From assembly GCA_032718475.1 (NCBI GenBank), contig JAUCBJ010007242.1, positions 100,229 to 164,228 on the forward strand: DNA of 64,000 nucleotides, given 5' to 3'. The position numbers were made by a program, and so were the translations under genes. Source of the DNA: Nemertoderma westbladi (lineage: Eukaryota > Animalia > Xenacoelomorpha). Positions 1 through 11,864 of the stretch are shown in pieces (the stretch's first letter is position 1; each line of letters opens with the position of its first letter). The notes under the pieces were generated by a model, which saw nothing but the letters and a program-made list of their open reading frames with translations, was not told the DNA's origin and searched no databases.

Positions 1-62
1 CAATAAAAGTCACTGAGTCCAAATAAACCCGGAATGGAAGACTTAGTGGCTAGATATTCTCA

Positions 63-775
63 CATTCTTTTAAATCTGCAGTTAAATCTCACCTCCGTGT
101 GCAATGTAAAAATAGGTCCAAAGAGGACGGTGCAGGGTTGCCAGTAGGCTGGGTGCAGTAATTGAAGCAAACAAGCCTTCCCCGACCTGTCGGTTAGGCC
201 TACCAACTACTGTACTATTTTTGTTTTTAAATTTCCGACTAAAACATCCATTGCTAAGCAACAGATTAAATACTCTTCTGGTGGTGGGAAATGTTTGTTT
301 AGTATTTTACCGATATGTATGTATATTAATTATCTTAAAATCATTATTATTGTAATTATTAATTACTAGCTATTTTAAATTTAAAAAATAGGTCCAATAG
401 TCCTACAATAAGTTATTAGTTTCTTAATTAATTGTTTACTATTTATACTATAATTACGTTTTATAAATTATACTGTGCATAGCTACATATCTATCATTGT
501 GTCAGTCGGAATATTGTCTCGCTCTCTGTAAAGTTGTACGTAGTGTAATTACATTTAATATTTGCTTTAGGTTAGCGTAATAATTGGGAAAGTGTAATCT
601 AGTTTGTTACCAAGTAACATAAAGACCCCTCCTTGGAAATAAGCTGCAAAGATTTAGGGGTAATCCTATATGTTATGTTGGACAATACCTATACATTGTT
701 TGGGTATTTGTTATTGTTTTTACATAATGCTGTAATGTGTAAATAAATAAATCTATATATCTATCCATATCTATC
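63..775 (+). mobile_element. 5'-truncated CR1/L2-group LINE 3' end (last ORF2 codons plus 3'UTR)
   Basis: Reverse-complement match to 9052-9317 and 11470-11615. Ends in AATAAATAAAT followed by (ATCT)n-like tail. Interrupted at 122-383. Confidence 0.75.
122..383. mobile_element. 262-bp insertion with 14-bp TSD
   Basis: AAAAATAGGTCCAA at 108-121 and 384-397. The segment is absent from the second LINE copy near 11560. Confidence 0.65.
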
Positions 776-1510
776 GTATTCTATTCACGTACTATTTATT
801 AATTTGGTTTAATTAATGTGTGATATACATTTAATCTTTGAAGGTAATATGTTGACATATTGTATCTATCTATCTATTGTCATATATTTGTTTGCAAATA
901 AATAGACGGTACAAGTAATTAAAGGTATGCAATGTGATGTATTCAATATTATAAGAGCGCTTATGTATTTAACTAATGGAATCAGCAGTATCTAGCTAGT
1001 GTGAGTAGAACTGCCTTATTATTTGGTCGATAAAAAAAATATAATAGGCACTAAATTAGCTGTATATATAGATGCCTGTTAAGCAGAAGCACTGATCCCA
1101 CTCACCGCCATATTGGTTTGTTTTGTAATGAGATTTTCTCTACAGCTCTATGCAACAGGAAAAACAAATTGAAAATTAAAATTTTGACCTTAAATTTCAT
1201 ATAATACTGTACTGTAATTATGGCTGTAAAATCGTCCAACGTTTATGTTTGCATTTCGGTTTACCACCGCAAGCTTTACCACATTCTGACATTGCCGAGG
1301 CAAATAAGAGAAGATTAAAAGAAAATATTAAACTGTAGGCCGTAGGGCCTATCATTTTTTGTTACAGTATTTAATTTCGCTAAATTGTGTTTTAGAATAG
1401 CATATACCATACCACTGCTGCACTGTGACTGTAACCTGCTCCTTTCCCTGAATAATAAACAATGATGATTCGACATTTGTTGGTTTGTGACCACCCCCCC
1501 CCCCCCCTCC

Positions 1511-2020
1511 CTGTATGGAATCCATCCAAAACCGGATAGCGCCGGATAGCGCGCCAACCAATTTTTATGCGCGCCCACCGTAAAAATATGTCGTAAAAAT
1601 ACCGCGCCGCGCGCTGATGCAATTTCGAAGAAACCCTGCGCCAACGAAATTTTTAAGCGCGCCGCACATTGAAACAATTTTGAAGAGCGCCGCGCCAATG
1701 CAATTTAAATTTTGAAGGAGTGGAACCAGTCTGCCAATGTCAGTACTGCTGTACATGTTCCTGTTCAGCAGTAACCATACAACAGAAAAAAGAAAGGCGA
1801 GCGAAGTGAGCCGAAATTTTTTAACAGCTAATAATTCCATTTTTAAGGCACTTCCGTAATTGTTAAACCAACAAATTGGCGCCAGCTTTTATGTTTGGGA
1901 GCGCCTCGCGCCAAAGCCGGCGCACTTTACGATTTTCGAGCGCGTCATGCGCCACATTGGCGCGCTTTTATTGTAAAGTGCGCCAGATTAATCCGGCGCA
2001 AAGTGTATGGATTCCCAGTC
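1511..2020. mobile_element. Probable degenerate MITE with GCGCC-rich subterminal motifs
   Basis: GGAATCCAT (~1517) and ATGGATTCC (~2007) are inverted. GCGCC motifs on the left mirror GGCGC motifs on the right. No clear TSD. Confidence 0.35.
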
Positions 2021-3542
2021 TGCCCCCCCCCCTCCTGCCTCAGACTGTCAGAAATAGGGCTCGATCGGAGCTCCGGCCTCCGGCTCCAGCCATTTTGGCA
2101 CCTCCGGCTCCTGCTCCGGCTCCGGTAAAAATATTGCCGGAGTTAATTTTTTAATAAAGTATTATATTTCGTGCATATTCTAATCTGAACAATTATTTAC
2201 ACTATAAGTACTGTAGTACAGCTTCAATATCTGAATATCAAGCATAATACTGCAGTATTTACTTAAAGTCAATGACTGACTGACTGTACTGCAGTACTGG
2301 CACTGGCCAGCTGGCTGACGGTACAGTGTACAATCATAGCTGTCATGCCAGCATACTGTACTGCAGTACTGGCTGACTGGTGCACGTACGGTAGGCTACC
2401 TACAGTACACACCTCTATGACAGTTAGTGAGTTAGGTACTGTAGGTAATTTTTAGCCGTCAGCGTCAGGCCGTCTGTCCGTGATAAATTAATTACTTAAA
2501 TATTAAATTGAACATTCGTAAATCTATAAATTATGAAATTAATTAGACCTACAGTATGATTGATTATGAGCGATTGGCGAACAATTGACGAACTTTTAGC
2601 TTTTAGCATATTGTTTAGTTCACAATTTACATTCATGTTATGTCTAACCTTACAGCCTTATGTACCCAGGACTTTATAGTGTCTTTAGGACTAGATTAGA
2701 TTATCCTCGAACAAATATTTAATTACAAATTATATTTGGTGGATACTGGTAGCAATGCCAGGTTAGCCAACTGCAGCTGCTGCTAAGGCTAACTACAGTA
2801 CAAGCTACGATTTCGTCTAAGGCTATGGGAGCCCTATCAGAAAGAAATACTACAAGTTGATGCTACCACCATCTCTTCTAATTTTTCCATACAACAGGAA
2901 GGGTATTATAAAACAGCTGGATAACAGGATAATGAAATGGGATTAGTAACTGATTAACGCGTTGCCTATATGGAATACTGACAAAAAGCGCGCCACACGC
3001 GTTCTGGTTAAACGAAAATCGCGCCAGCCATGATATCTAATGCGCGCCAAGCCAACAATTGACTATGAAAAATTTTGCAGTAATTCTGTAATTGCTTAAT
3101 TGTAATAATTTATCAGTTTATAATGCTGTAGCCCTACAGTATTTTAACATTAAAATGCGAGCGTAGCGAGCAAGGAAATTTTCCAATTATGTTAACATAT
3201 ACAGTCCCAATCCCAATAAACATTAACTTGGTCGTTTTGGCGGCCAAAATAACCAAAATCACCAAAAAAATGTAGTGTATTCCTATGGGCTACTTGGTCG
3301 TTTTGGCGAAGCGATTTAACTCGAATCAGCTCAATCCAGACAGTCTGTCTCCTTGGCCATCCATTTGGTGGATCTGACTAAATGTCGGCTCGCTTTCATT
3401 TTTATTATTGACAGATTGTTAGCTTACCCGGCGCTGAGCCTTGCAGTACTGGAGTCCACCCACTGAGGCATTGATAGAGTACACAGTCTTATAATAGGAG
3501 TTGAATGGGGCTTCGTTAAAGGAGGAGTATGCATAATAATCT

Positions 3543-3783
3543 GAACGTCCCGAAATTAATTTATGGACGTCTCGAAATTAATTTATGGACGTCTCGAAAT
3601 TAATTTATGGACGTCCCAAAATTAACTATATGGACGTCCCGAAATTAACTTATGGACGTCCCGAAATTAACTTATGGACGTCCCGAAATTAATTTATGGA
3701 CGTCCCGAAATTAATCTATCAACCAATCAGAATCGTAATGAAATAACTAATTAATGGACGTCCATAAATTAATTTCGGGATGT
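3543..3783. repeat. 22-bp tandem array (GGACGTCCCGAAATTAATTTAT, ~8 copies) plus one inverted copy
   Basis: Units are directly visible at 3543-3716, with an inverted unit at 3756-3783. Confidence 0.9.
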
Positions 3784-3873
3784 TAATTTCGGAAATTAAT
3801 TTCAATAATATTTTTTTTACAATAAAAATTTTTTTAAATATTTTTTTACAATGTATAATTCGCGGACACTGCG

Positions 3874-4278
3874 GGGTGACTATAAAACAAAGACCCAATT
3901 ATATAAAGACCTGCATAATCTTGTTACATGTGTTAACTTTCATTAATTGTTTTGAATCCCCCGTCACGCCTCTGTAACTTGCTCCTTTACTAACCTGCTC
4001 CTTTAAATAGCAATGGTACATAACGCTCATTGTGACCTGTACAAAACAAAAAGGTAAAGTCGCGTTACGTCCCAAAGAGCGTTAGGTTCCAAAGAGCTTT
4101 AGGTCCCATTGCCAGAGAGCGTGAGGTCACATTGCCATTTAAAGGAGCAGGTTAGTAAAGAAGCAGGTTACAGAGGCGTGTTGGGGAACCAAAACAATAA
4201 AAGAGAGTTAACACGTGTGTTTTGTATTTGTACAGGTCTTTATTATTTGGGTCGTTGGTCTTTGTTTTGTAGTCACCC
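3874..4278. mobile_element. Mutator-like foldback MITE nested in the Tc1-like element
   Basis: Long imperfect TIRs GGGTGACTATAAAACAAAGACC / GGTCTTTGTTTTGTAGTCACCC. 9-bp TSD GACACTGCG at 3865-3873 and 4279-4287. Confidence 0.85.
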
Positions 4279-5714
4279 GACACTGCGGTGTTGCGTGGGG
4301 GCCACCAATCCACCCACCCACATTCAACTCCCAACTTCCTGGACACTAGGATACTGAGTGAAAGCGTCTGAAACTACTACAGGAACTCCATGACATACTA
4401 TGGGCTAGCGACTAGGGATTGGCGCCCTTGAACATATAAACTGTAGTACCTACTGTACCACCTACCTTAAAGTGACCTGTGGGACCAGCCCATTATTAGT
4501 GAGGTCGGCATTTCTCTTTATCCTGCCGCTCTCTTTGTATTACAATAGCATACAGCTAACCAATGGCAATGGTCTACCCCCAGTGCGGGAAAGACAAGAT
4601 GGCTACCATTGAAATGAATAGGGGAAGGATAATATGGTGTGTTCGTGTTCCCATCCTAATGTCTGTCGTCTTGGCTCAGTTAAGCTTAAACAGAGCCACA
4701 GCACAGCCTACAATAGAGCTTTACCTAAATACACTTCCAGTGAGCCAAGCAGTAGTGGCGGGTTAGCTCCAAAATGCCCATGTAGGATTTCTTCGAAAAA
4801 GGACCAATTGGTTGAGTTACGAGTTACAGTGAAAAAGTATTCATGATTAGATTTTGCTTTGAACAGGAGAAACAGATGGAATATATAGGTCATCTAATTA
4901 ATTGTTTAAAGATTAGCAAAGAATACAGTGTAATTGAATTGATGAAATCCATAAATAAAACGTGGATACAAAATGTAAAATCGGGATGCAAAATATACAT
5001 TTCTGAGCTAAGAAAGGGAAATTGGATACTGTACAACTTGTCTGGATACAAGCGGTCCGTTTACCTTACAAAATGAAAAATAAACGTGCGAAATATAAAA
5101 CAGTAGTAGTGTCCTACTCGAACGGAACGGAACTGTCCGGGGGGGGGGGGGGGGGGGGGGGGAATGTCCGAAAATCGAAGCCTTTTTCTATCTGCCAACA
5201 TCCTGGGCTTTACTTACACTCAGCCTCTATTCACTGGCTGTGATTGACAAGCCAACTTGCCTCAGAAGTTCCTTTCATGAATGCCGCAATTTATATTTGG
5301 CCATTTTGGTCGTTTTGGCCGCCAAAATGACCAAGTTAATGTTTATTGGGATTGGGACTGTATACAGTCTGACAGTAATAGTCAGATCAGCAGATAGTGC
5401 TGTAGTTGTAGTAGTAGTAGGTCAACGTCAACTGACTGTTTTTAAATGCAGATGTGATCAAGATGCGAGCGTAGCGAGCACGAAAATTTTAACATTTCAG
5501 CATTTAAAGTAGGCAAACCGGCTGTTTTCAAATGCAGAAGTCATTAAATTGCGAGCGTAGCGAGCATGGAAATTCTTCTGAATCATGCAGGCTGCCATGG
5601 TCTTATTGGTTTGAAGAATCTGACAATTGAAAAAACTTTTGAAACAAGTCATGTTTTTAATGGTCATGCTCAATCTGTCCGTTTCCGTTTCCATTTGTCC
5701 ACAGCCAGACTGCC

Positions 5715-7017
5715 AGACAGTGCTAACTGCTAAGAGTAGGCTTACAGTATAAACTGATAAACGCGAGCGAAGCGAGCGGACATTTTTCAATCTTTTTAAA
5801 CCTGTGGAATAATTTCAAATAGAGCTGTAGCAGTGTAGAGTGGGATGTGTTGCCAGTGCACTGCTACGCTACCTCCTACTGTCCAAACCTAACTGCCTAA
5901 CCCTACATCCATATTCGCGCCAGGACCGCCAGGATCCTCAATGCGCGCCACACGCCCCTGTCACTATGCGCCAGGATCCTTAATCCGCGCCACACGCCCC
6001 TGTCACTACGCGCCAGGATCCTTAATCCGCGCCACACATGTTGAGCAAACTCTACATAAATTCCAACCTGGTCCACATCCAGACACTGCTAAGAGTAGGC
6101 TTAGGTCTACTCTCTACAGTATAAACGCGAACGAAGCGAGCGGGCATTTTTCAATCTTTTTAAACCTATGGAATAATTTCAAATAGAGCTGTAGAGTGGG
6201 ATATGTTGCCAGTGCAGCAGTGCACTGCTACCGGTACGCTACATCCTACTGTCCTACCGTACAGCCATACCCTACAGCCCTAACCCTACGCCTACATCCA
6301 TATTCGCGCCAGGACCGCCAGGATCCTCAATGCGCGCCAGGATCCTCAATGCGCGCCACACGCCCCTGTCAGCTGTCACTATGCGCCAGGATCCTTAATC
6401 CGGGGTCCGTCTAAAAGCCACATCGGACCCAATCGGTACCACATCGGACCACATCGGGGCCACATCGGACCTAATGGGTACGACATCGGACCCAATCGGT
6501 ACCACATCGGACCCAATCGGAACCACATCGGACCCAATTGGTACCACATCGGACCAAATCGGTACCACATCGGGCCCAATCGGTACCACATCGGACCAAA
6601 TCGGTACCACATCGGTCCTAATGGGTACCACATCGGACCCAATCGGTACCACATCGGACCCAAACGGTACCTCATCGGAACCAATCGGTACCACATCGGA
6701 CCCAATCGGTACCACATCGGTACCACATCGGCCCAATCGGTACCACATCGGACCCAATCGGTACCACACCGTTCTCAAAAAGGTTCCAAGCCAGACTCAA
6801 AAGGTACCAGCCCGGACCAAAGCTACTGGTCGCAATCAGCACCGATGTGGCTCCGATGTGGCCCCGATGTCAGGATGTGGTCCGATGTGGCCCCGATGTG
6901 GTCCGATGTGGTCCGATTTGGTCCAATGTGGTACCGATTTGGTCCGATGTGGCTTTTAGACGGACCCTTAATCCGCGCCACACATGTTGAGCAAACTCTA
7001 CATAAATTCCAACCTGG
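5715..7017 (+). repeat. Tandem duplication of a ~360-bp unit; second copy interrupted by a MITE
   Basis: ~5715-6071 aligns with ~6080-6402 plus 6968-7017. The copies differ by short insertions. Confidence 0.8.
6403..6967. mobile_element. MITE with 21-bp subterminal tandem repeats (CCACATCGGACCCAATCGGTA)
   Basis: TIRs GGGTCCGTCTAAAAGCCACATCGGACC / GGTCCGATGTGGCTTTTAGACGGACCC. TSD TTAATCCG (8 bp, 9 if the preceding C is counted). The empty site is seen in the first duplicate copy near 6020. Confidence 0.9.
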
Positions 7018-7515
7018 GGCTATATGTGTACGCCTCTATCTGCAACTTTATTTCTCCCTCTGCAATTTCGCGGGCTTGGGACCGTTTTTTGTGTTTTTTG
7101 AACACAAAAAGCTGCATTAAAACACAGCTAGATCAGCCCCCGCTCAATGCATGGCTCGCCCCACAATCAGACAATGCTTTGTTTTATTTTGCACATCATG
7201 TGCGCCCCCCTAAACGATTTTAACTACACTTGGATACACGTTTTGCAAGCGTTTCTCAATCGTTTGTACTCTTTTGTGCTATTTTTGCACTGTTTTGTAC
7301 TATTTTTGCACATTATTGTACCGGTACTTTTTTGTATTCTTTTGTACTATATTGTACTATTTCTGCTATTTTGTATTTTTTTGTACAAATTCGTCGGACC
7401 CCAGGCTGCCAGGCAGTCAGGTGTAAGGAAAATGGAACATAAACCAGTAAACATAACCCCTAAGCCTACACTTAAAAACTCTGCATTAGCTACCAGTTCA
7501 GTTCGCTGCAGAATA

Positions 7516-7937
7516 CAGTTAGGAACACTGGTCACTTTCTGGCTGAAGCTCAGCCAAAAATTGTCCACATATTTACAGCCAGAAAGTGTCCGTGCAGCCA
7601 CTATTTGTCCTTCACAGGCTGCGATTATATTTCCGGACATATTTTGGCTGTAACTCCACTAGTAGTCAAAGCAGAAGCTGGGCACATTTTTATTTTTAAT
7701 ATTATGATAGTTATCCCAATGACTGAATGATGAGATTCTAATACTCAAATTAATTTATACATAATTTTATGGCGATTCTAATGGCATAATTTTTAGAATG
7801 CCAATGTTAAAATTTCACTGCCGGTTTTCAAATGAAATTTAGCATTGTTTTCTATGGAGAAATTTCACTCTGGGAGCGTTTTCCGCGGACACATTCTGGC
7901 TGTAAATTGGACATATTGTGACCAGTGTTCTTGACTG
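7516..7937. mobile_element. MITE with 5-bp TSD
   Basis: TIRs CAGTTAGGAACACTGGTCAC / GTGACCAGTGTTCTTGACTG. GAATA is duplicated. An adjacent direct repeat at ~7955-7995 shows the empty site. Confidence 0.75.
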
Positions 7938-9051
7938 GAATAGAATACAAAATACCAGTTCAGTCAGTCAGTTCGCTGCAGAATAGAATACAAAATAGCC
8001 ATGTTCTGATGTTGGGCGTTGGTTGGCCTAGTCAGACAGTACAAATCTGCAAATGGAAGTTCACTCACACTCACGTACCTTCTGACCTGTGACCTTAGCG
8101 CAGTACAGCAGTAGCGAACTTCTCGCACCATAGGCTATACTGCTATACAAGAAAACGTGAGTTGAGCTCGAGTGAATGTCTGATGTCAGAACGTGGTCTG
8201 CTCTGTCAGTCTGTATCATCTCGATTCTCGAGCAATAGGCAGATAGGCTACAGCAGTACAGGCAGACAGGGCTACGGCAGTACGGGAAACATTACCTCGG
8301 CTTCGTCTGCAGCTCCCTGGCCTGGCTCCACGTATGACTTATCAGCTTATACTGGCAACTGGCACTGGCAGACTGCTGGACTGATAGGCCTATATCAGTA
8401 TATGGGAGTATGGACAGATGGATGGACATATAATAATATATGCCTAATAATATTATATTAATATAATAAAATAAATAATAATATAATAAAGGTTAAAAAC
8501 TCACTATTTGGGTTGGGGTTGGGCCTGGCACCTGGGATATCTGGATATTGGCCAGATACAGACAGCTGGACAGACAAAGTACAGAAGTAAAGTCTATATC
8601 TGTGATCTGTATACAGGTATACAGCAGTACTGCAGTAAGCCTACCTCTGTACACTGTACTTGCCTACAGTATATGAAATCAACTGAAAAATATTGACATA
8701 GGCCTACAGGCCTACCTGCCTACGACTGGTATTACTGTATTACAGTATTAATGCTGTACAATACTGCAATGTTACTTGTACAGTACATGCTGTAAGCTGT
8801 ACATGTAACATAACCTGACGGGGAGCACGCGCTTAACGACCATGCCCGGGGGGGGGGGGGGGGGGGCATATTTTATACGGGAGCAATTTTGACTGGGACA
8901 CCGACACACCTCTCACACCCGACACACCGTTACCATTCATATATATGTTTTATTGACCAATTACTATGTTTGATAAATTCAATATAGATAATTAACACCA
9001 AACGCATTAGTCCAAATTAAACAACTAGTAGGTAATTAATAGTATCTCTTA

Positions 9052-11862
9052 ATAGATATATTTATTTATACATTATGTAAAAAACAATAACCAATACACC
9101 AAACAATGTACCGGTATAAAGGTATTGTCCAACATAACATATAGGATTACCCCTAAAGCTTTGCAGCTTATTTCCAAGGCGGTCCTTTATGTTACTTGGT
9201 TACAAATACAATATTACACTACGCTAACCTAAAACCAATATAAAACGTAATTACACTTACTATGTACATGTACAACTTTACCGAGAGCGTGACAATGTCC
9301 GACTCAACGATAAAGATCCCTGCAAACAATGTATTGTTAAAAAGCTGTTATTAAAATGTTATTTAATGACATAGATAACATTATTTCAAATTGTTAGATT
9401 AATGGTAAAAAAACTGTAAATTGGCCAAGAAATATGACGTTATATACTAACGTTATTATTTCGTTTTTAATAACATTAAAATAACAAAGCCAGGATGGTT
9501 ACATATCATTACTTTTATGTTATTCCTTATCATTATTATTGTATTTTTATTGACATTAAAATAACAACGGCATAATGTTTATTTAGATCGTTACTTTTAT
9601 GTTATTTCTTAACATAAAAATATTGTTTGATAAAAACGTAACATTATATGTGCATTTAAGCCCTTCTCTCATGTTTTATGGTTGGTTCGCTTGCTCAAAC
9701 TAATAATCCCCCTCCATTGCCGTTCTTTATATCGTTCTTTATAATTGCCAAACCCTTTATTGAATAATTAATTAATAATTTCCCTACGCATGTTGATATC
9801 GTAGTGGCAGGCTACAATCTCTAACACAGTTTGATTGAATCCAATTTTGTTGTAGGCAATTGTATGCAAATTAATAACAATTAAAACGTATAACATGAAT
9901 TGAATTTTTTGTATAATGACCAGTCAGGAACAAATAATGAAATAAACAGCAAAATCAAAGTAAAATATCGCAGAATAAGTAAACAACAAATATATGGCTG
10001 TATGGCCCATCTGCCCATTACGTAAATGGTTTTGATATTTCGGTTAAAGTTAATCACAGACTTAAAAATAATATGTTTATGACGTAATAATAAGTGACAA
10101 CAACGTAATGAATTGCATCAATTAAAATACTTTAAGTTAATATTATTCACTAGATTTATAGATCTGATTTGTAGTCTATATAAAATAATGTACATATAGT
10201 GGGTTTAATAAATAATACCTCACAACAATGTTAAATTATTAAAAGGAGCAGGTTACAGTTGGCTACAGAGGCACATTATTATATCCTACGGGTAAACAAA
10301 AAAAAACAGGTTACAGATTTATTTCTGGGAGAGTAATCAGTACTTATTTGAATCGATTTCTCCCTGGAGAGGGATGAATTTGATTGCATCGCAAATCCTC
10401 CCAATCTGAACAAATCATATTTAAAAAATTAAATGTTAATTATAATTATAGCTGAGTGAGCTTAATTTATTAAACTGTAAAAATAAATCAATAGGCCTAG
10501 GCCCTACAAAAGTACAATCTAAAAACTGAAACAATAAATAGTTTGTAATAACAGTTAATGTGAAGTTTTAAAATCGAAATCGAATCGAAAGTTTTGTAGT
10601 AATGCTGTCCCTGTGCCCTGCCCCTTCAACTGAAAACTGGGACCTCCAAATAATAAGAATTCCAATCTTTAGTCCTCGGCTGTTGAAATCCACCATCAGT
10701 ACAGACAAATAAGTCAATCCTCCACCTGTCAGTGCTGGTTTAAGGGGACTTCCTGGTCCTGGCAGACTTGAATTCTGTAATTGGTAGGTCTAATGCAGTA
10801 ATGTGTGAATCCAGAGGGTAAAGGCGAACTCGCATTCAGGTATAGATATGTTTTATTTATGAGTTCAGGTTAAATAAATCACAAAACCAAAACTATAAAA
10901 CCAAAAATATAAGCTACTGTACAGTGCAGTAGGCCTGCAGTAACTACACTACAGTAATATAGAGATAGGCCTTGCAGTACAGCAGTATAACAATACATAT
11001 ACACATAAAACATTGAATACAGGCACACCAGAATGAGTATTGTACAACATACCATACTGTATACCATTTACATGTGGAAAATTCCTCCATTACCGCGAAT
11101 TTTAAAATTAGCCAATCATCAATCTCAGATTAGATAATAGAAGTGACAGCGTCTATCGCATAATGTTTATTTTATGTGACAAAATAACATTGTTCTGATA
11201 TGTAACAAACCATGTTCATAAAATGTTAGAACTAAACACTTATAAAACATTTTTGACTAATGTTTATGTTCTCACATTAAAATTACGTTTTTTTAACATC
11301 AACAGTTATCATTTATTTAATGTCTGACAAAGACATTATAGAGTAATGTTAAAATAACATATATTGAACATCTAAATATTCTATCAAACAAGGAAATAAC
11401 ATTTATCAACATTTATAACAAATTAATGATGTTTTTCTGACATTCCTTGAAAGTAAATTGTTTGCAGGGATGTAATGTACAGAACAATTTATTATAAAAC
11501 GTAATTACAGTATAAATAGTAAATAATTAATAAACTAATAACTTACTGTAGGACTATTGTACCTATTTTTACATTGCACACGGAGGTGAGATTTAACTGC
11601 AGATTTAAAAGAATGTTGATTATTTAGGTTTTTAATTTCATTAGGCAGAGCGTTCCAATTTTTAATGCCGTTAAAAAAGAAAGTATCAGATTCAAAGGAT
11701 TTACAATTCGGGAGGTAGAAGTTTGAAGCACTAGCTCTGGTACTATAAGAGTGTGTATCACGTACTCTGTTGAATTTTTGTTTTAGGTAATTGGGACATT
11801 TACCATTATACACTTTATGCACATGGTTAAGGCGTAGCTGCTTAACTCTACTATCTAAGTTA
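9052..11862 (-). mobile_element. CR1/L2-group LINE 3' fragment, split by a TIR element
   Basis: ORF 11535-11822 reads (L)NHVHKVYNGKCPNYL...HSYSTR...TFFFNGIKNWNALP...FKSAVKSHL, typical of the ORF2 C-terminus. Its 3'UTR matches 63-775. Confidence 0.8.
9318..11469. mobile_element. Non-autonomous CMC/EnSpm-like TIR element
   Basis: TIRs CCCTGCAAACAA / TTGTTTGCAGGG with AT duplicated and TAACAT/ATGTTA subterminal motifs. Cleanly interrupts the LINE 3'UTR. Confidence 0.8.
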
Positions 11863-11864
11863 CT

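Larger units (their letters stand above)
3202..5360. mobile_element. Non-autonomous Tc1/mariner-like DNA transposon
   Basis: ~48-bp TIRs (CAGTCCCAATCCCAATAAACATTAACTTGGTC... / ...GACCAAGTTAATGTTTATTGGGATTGGGACTG), flanked by TA on both sides. Confidence 0.85.

Noticed and set aside
4563-5243. Transposase remnants within the Tc1-like element
   Set aside because: Short ORFs lack any DDE or HTH motif I can recognise.
6379-7120. Repetitive proteins (GPMWYRL, DPIGTTS)
   Set aside because: Artefacts of a 21-bp repeat inside a MITE, open in several frames on both strands.
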